Translations under genes and position numbers: made by a program
Source of the DNA: Dehalococcoidia bacterium
Lineage (GTDB): Bacteria; Chloroflexota; Dehalococcoidia; Bin125
Direction: 5' to 3'
NCBI GenBank assembly: GCA_963663895.2
Contig: CAXXRD010000003.1
Location: 236,206 to 300,205, forward strand
DNA length: 64,000 bases
Shown: positions 59,515 through 64,000 of the stretch, one piece after another
Position numbering within the stretch: position 1 is the stretch's first letter
How the letters are laid out: the number at the start of each line of letters is the position of its first letter
The notes under the pieces: model-generated
The model's database searches: none
What the model was told of the DNA's origin: nothing
Seen by the model: the letters and a program-made list of their open reading frames with translations, nothing else

Positions 59515-59701
59515 GGCCAGAAAACTCCTCTCAGCACGCGATCAGACGCGTGAGTCTCCGTATGGGGCTGCCGGAGACTAGAGGGACCCGGCCGGGTCGG
59601 TCAACGCGATACGCGGCGACACACAGCCCCTTGAGTAGTAGCGCGGTACCACACCGGAACGACAGGAGGCACGCAGGCAAGCGACCGCTACGATGGCAAG
59701 C

Positions 59702-61230
59702 ATGCGTTACGACGTGATCGTCGTGGGCGCGGGGGCCGCGGGGGCGGCGCTGGCGGCACGGCTGACTGAGGATCCAAACCGCTCGGTACTCCTGCTGGAA
59801 GCCGGAGCCGATTATTCGATCGCCACACTCCCGCCGGAATTGCGGAGTGCCGAGTCGATTTCCAACGCCGTGAAGACGCACGACTGGGGCCTGCGCGCCG
59901 TCGAGCACGCCGAGCAGCGGCCCACGCCCCTCCCGCGCGGCAAGGTCACGGGCGGCTCTTCCGCGGTGAACGGATGCGTGTTTCTGCGCGGCACGCCCGC
60001 AGACTACGAGCGCTGGGCTGCAGCCGGTAACGACGAGTGGTCTTGGCGGAACGTGCTGCCGTACTTCCGCAAGCTCGAGTCCGACCAGAACTACGCGGAT
60101 GATCTGCACGGAAGCGACGGGCCCATGCCGATCCTGCGCGCCCACGAATCAACCTGGGTGCCGTTCCAGCGCGCCGTGCACGACGCTTGTCGCGCACGCG
60201 GCTTTGCCCACGACGACGACATGAACCATCCCGACTCCCCCGGTGGAGTCGGACCATGGCCCATGAATAAGATCGACGGGCAGCGGCTCAGTACCGCTAT
60301 CACCTATCTGGAGCCGATCCGCCATCGACTCAACCTCACGATCCGAGCCGGCGTGCAGGCGCGACGGCTTCTGTTCGAAGGCGACCGTTGCATCGGATTG
60401 GAAGTGGAGGCGGGTGGAGTCGCACAGCAGGTGTGGAGTGAGCAGACGGTGCTCTGCGCAGGCGCCGTCATGACACCGCATCTCTTGCTGCATTCAGGGG
60501 TGGGGCCGGGCGCGCAGCTCCGCCGCTTCGGGATCGAATCGCGAGCCGACCTGCCTGTCGGGCGAACGCTCACCGACCACGCCTCCATGCTGACGCTTTA
60601 CCGGCCGTGTCCAGGGACGATCCCGGACGATGTGCCCTTCCTTCAGGTGGGATTGCGCTATACCGCCACCGGATCGGACCGAACCCAACGACATGCAGCT
60701 CGTGGGGTTTAGCCGAATTCGGCTGGACTTCAGCCGCGCCAACGCGGCCGGCGAGGGCTATGGCCTGATGCCGGCGCTGGAGATGCCCCGCTCGCGCGGT
60801 TCCATCGCGCTCGCTTCCGCCGACCCGACGGACCCGCCACGAATCGAGATGAATCAGCTCACCGACCCGTGGGACCTAGAACGGTTGCGTGAAGGGGTAC
60901 GGCTGGCGGTGGAACTCGCGGCGGGCCCAGAATTCGAAGGGCTGATCGACAGTCGCTATCAGCCGCTTAACCGCGACCTCGAAACGGACGCAGCCCTCGA
61001 CGCCTGGATCCGCGCCAACGTCACCACCGGGCACCACACGTCCGCCACCTGCCCGATGGGCCCCTCCAGCGATCCACACGCGGTTGTGGATCAGCACGGG
61101 CGGGTCCACGGCCTGCGTGGGTTACAGGCCGCCGACGCCTCGATCTTTCCGGAGACGCCCCGCGCAAACACCAACGCGACCACAATCATGGTGGCAGAGC
61201 GGATCGCCGACTGGATGGCGCAGCGACTAG
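59702..61230 (+). pseudogene. GMC oxidoreductase (choline dehydrogenase/MftG-like), with apparent +1 frameshifts at ~60680 and ~61218
   Basis: YDVIVVGAGAAG, PRGKVTGGSSAVNG, LLHSGVG; second frame has PRSRGSI, HHTSATCPMG, ADASIFP, ANTNATTIMVAERIAD. Confidence 0.85.
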
Positions 61231-61394
61231 CAGCCCATCCAGCTTGCCGGGTACGAAAAAGCGGCTCGACATCAGCATTGATTGCGACGGCGCGTCCGAA
61301 GATGCCCAGGACGCCTCCACACGCCGCGTTGCCTAGACCCGGTGCCTGTGTTATCCCCAGTTGGCTGCGGACACACCCGAAAGGACAGCCGACC

Positions 61395-61817
61395 ATGCCC
61401 ACACCAGACGAGCTACGCGCCGAGATCGCCAAGGCCCGTTCCGCCTTCCGCTCCGCCCTTGAAGGAGCCGGCGCCAGCTGGGAACGCCAGCCGCCAGCCG
61501 GTGATGGCGAAGAGGCATGGTCTCCGCGTCAGGTAGCCGAACACACGATCGGCGCCGAACCATGGTTCACCACCCAAGTATGCGCGTCCTGCGGCTATCC
61601 CGGACTCGATCCGATCGAACCTTCCTACGCGACGGCCGCCGATGCACTCACGGCCTTCGACGAGGTCTCCAAGAATTGCGACGGCCGCCTGCAGTACGTG
61701 ACGGACGCGGACTTAGCGATGAAGCACGAGCGGATGGAAACCGTGGCGGGGGTCATGCAGGGCAACGCGAGGCACCTCAACGAACACGCCGCCCAGATCC
61801 AGGAGGCGGCCCGCTAG
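61395..61817 (+). CDS. DinB-superfamily protein
   Basis: WSPRQVAEH...HLNEHAAQI; own RBS AAGGA and ATG 61395. Confidence 0.75.
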   Translation: MPTPDELRAEIAKARSAFRSALEGAGASWERQPPAGDGEEAWSPRQVAEHTIGAEPWFTTQVCASCGYPGLDPIEPSYATAADALTAFDEVSKNCDGRLQYVTDADLAMKHERMETVAGVMQGNARHLNEHAAQIQEAAR

Positions 61818-62996
61818 CGCCGCCCACGTGGCTCTTCACCTCCAGGTTCCCACGTGCTCGCATAGTGCCGCGCGAGGATGTCGTAGCCGAAGTCGCCCTG
61901 CGGATCACGCCAGACCGAATGAACGTGGTTGGCTTCGCGCTGCACCTTGTCGTACTCGACAAGGCAGCCGCGGACCCTGGAGCCGGTAATAGTGCGCGCG
62001 CCCAGGCTCGACCGAGCCAGCCCAGGCGAAGTGGAGCGCGTCGAACGCGGCACCCGTGAGCTTCTCCATCTCAACCCGCGCGATCGCTGCCGGCATGCGA
62101 TCCACGTACTGGCGCAGGAGTTCACGGAAGCGTCGGCGCGCGTCCTCGGGCATCGCGCCCGCCGGCACACCCTTCGGCGCGGTCGAATAGCGGAACAGTT
62201 CGAAGTGGCGGGCAGCCAGCCCCAGCCTTTTGTGCCACTCGTCGATCTGGGCCTGGCGCTCGGCGGTCATCGCGCGGCCCATTAGCTGCGCCGCCGGGAT
62301 CGGGGAGGCGCCGTCCACAATGCGCGAGCGGTTCGCCATGACGATGTCGGGGCGGCGGCACATCGGAAATAACAGCCTTCGCGCGCAGCGCGGAAGGCAG
62401 GGTTTGCACTAGTTGTCCGAGCAAGCTCCTCCTCAGCGGCCAGCGGGCGCAGGTCACCGGAGGCGCCTACAAAGGGAGCGCGCGCCGGATCCGAACCAAA
62501 GAAGGTAGGGATCGGCGTGATCAGAAGGGCCGCCGCCGTCAGCCGTCGCGAGGGTGTAATGCAGGGAAACGTGATGTCCCTCGAAGCGCCACCCCCAAGG
62601 AAAGCGGCTCGGATCGCCGAAAACCGAGACGAAGTACTTCCCGGGGTCCCGCCCGCGCTCGGGGTACCAGTGGGTACGCCACTTCTCGAGCGCATCCAGG
62701 GTGTTCTCCAAGCCAATGATGGTCGACGCGGTGACGTAGCCGCCCTCGCTCAGGCCGGTAGCGACCAGCTTATGCGCCAACCGCTCCTGGCGCGGCGAAA
62801 GCTCGCCCAGCGGAACCCCTCCGCGAGCGTTGGGTGTGTAGTACCAACGGGTGCGCTCGCGCTCGTCCTTAAAAGGGAAGCACGCTAGGGTCCGCTGATC
62901 ATCGTCGAGTGCGGCGAGCAGATCGGCTGCGGCCTGAGCCATGCCCTCGGCAAGCAGCCGGAGAGCGTTATCCTCCGGCTCGGGCGACGCCTCCAC
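61814..62996 (-). pseudogene. DUF3500-family protein broken by four +1 frameshifts
   Basis: RWYYTP..RGG, WGWRFEGHHVS, PTFFGSDP, HFAWAG...[13 protein letters not shown]...[14 protein letters not shown] spread over five successive frames. Confidence 0.82.
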
Positions 62997-62997
62997 T

Positions 62998-64000
62998 TCA
63001 GCGAGCCCTAGCCATCTCCTTGCGGAGGTTCTCGGTCGCCGCCTGATCGACCTCGTACACGAGGCGCCGACGGTCCCTCTCTCGCACCACCACGCCGTAG
63101 ATGTCGCGCGCCTCTTGGATCGTGATGTAGTCGTCCATCATGTCCTTGATGATGAGTGCGGGCTCGCGCTCCAACGGGTCCCCATACCCTCCGCCGCCCG
63201 CGGACCAGAAGTTCATCACCTCGCCGGCCTCCGCTTCGGCGTTGAGCGCGAAAATCCCGATATTGCGTTCATTCTCGGTGTCCAAGTTGATCACCAGTCC
63301 GGCCTTGCCGCCCTCATGACCGCCGAAGATACCCTTGGGACCGAAGCGTTCGCGATCGCCGATACAGGTGATCGTTCCGCCGGTATACGCAAACTCGACG
63401 ATCTGCAGCAGGCCGGTACCGCCGCGGCGCCGACCCGGCCCCCCGCCGCTGTCCTTGCACTTATGCGCATGCCACAGCACCGGATAGCGGCGCTCTTGCA
63501 ACTCGGCCGGGATGTTCATGGTGCTGGCCGAGTAGGGCGAGCCGGTGACATTATGCCCGTCCTTGTTGAGCGTCGCGCCGAGTCCGCCAAAGCCCCAGAC
63601 ATAGCTGATGAAGGGGGCGTCGAAGTCGGGCCGCGTGTCGTGTCCGGCGAAGACCGTGTTGAGGATGCTGAAGGGAGTCGCCGCGCCACGCTCCGGGTAG
63701 GCCTGGCTCAAGGCGTTCATGCAGCAAGAGACCACGCATTCCATGCTCGTCGCCGCCAACCCGGAGATCCCGACGGGGGGTTGCGCCCAGACGATCGAGC
63801 CGCGTTTGGCCTTGATCTCCACGGTCCGCATCACGCCAGAATTCATCGGCATAGGCGGCAGCACGCCGGCCAAGCCGATGAAAACGGCCGACGTCGTCGC
63901 CGCGATCGTGCAGTTGACGGCAGCCTCGGCGGCGCCGTCGCTACCGGTGAGATCGAAGATCGCGTGGTCCCCTTCAATGGTCAGCTTGAGCGCGATGCGC
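62998..64000 (-). CDS. Hydantoinase B/oxoprolinase family protein (5' part outside window)
   Basis: PMNSG, GGLGA...DG, NIPAE..E.RYP, GGPGRRRGG, AGGGGYGDPLER. Confidence 0.9.
   Translation of the reverse strand, partial: RIALKLTIEGDHAIFDLTGSDGAAEAAVNCTIAATTSAVFIGLAGVLPPMPMNSGVMRTVEIKAKRGSIVWAQPPVGISGLAATSMECVVSCCMNALSQAYPERGAATPFSILNTVFAGHDTRPDFDAPFISYVWGFGGLGATLNKDGHNVTGSPYSASTMNIPAELQERRYPVLWHAHKCKDSGGGPGRRRGGTGLLQIVEFAYTGGTITCIGDRERFGPKGIFGGHEGGKAGLVINLDTENERNIGIFALNAEAEAGEVMNFWSAGGGGYGDPLEREPALIIKDMMDDYITIQEARDIYGVVVRERDRRRLVYEVDQAATENLRKEMARAR

Noticed and set aside
59702-61230. Mycofactocin gene cluster suggested by the MftG-like GMC
   Set aside because: No MftA peptide (IDGxCGVY), MftB or MftC in the window; the GMC motifs are generic
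60630-61817. Apparent GMC C-terminal/DinB fusion ORF (395 aa)
   Set aside because: The linker looks non-coding, DinB has its own RBS and ATG, and removing one G at 61217-61218 restores a normal GMC stop

Overview
GC-rich bacterial chromosome window; the gene set points to Chloroflexota/Dehalococcoidia (SAR202-like), which is inference only. 1-24 kb is mostly housekeeping: rluB-cmk-plsC-ispH-DUF512 radical SAM-glmS, an Ig/CARDB surface protein, dnaG-rpoD, mazG, pcrA/uvrD, pabB-pabC, a CNNM/CorC protein, a ferritin-like protein and four tRNAs (Phe, Leu, Gln, Asn). 24-34 kb is a MacB/FtsX-type ABC system with two ~1150-aa permeases, two ATPases and two antisense membrane-anchored small proteins between the permeases. 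34-38.5 kb holds a helicase-less Type ISP/IIG-like restriction-methylase and a low-GC orphan. 38.5-44 kb is a compact Liv-type ABC importer. 44-64 kb is a catabolic region with no regulator gene, where a second Liv-type importer is split and interleaved with two luciferase-like monooxygenases, a lactonase, crotonase, cupin, GNAT, VOC, hydrolase, MMSDH, an amidase with a small AtzG/GatC-like partner, a GMC oxidoreductase, DinB, DUF3500 and hydantoinase B. Seven apparent frameshifts can all be read as single extra G/C bases and are probably assembly errors. I saw no CRISPR array, rRNA, transposase or integrase. All family assignments come from motif recognition by eye, not database searches.
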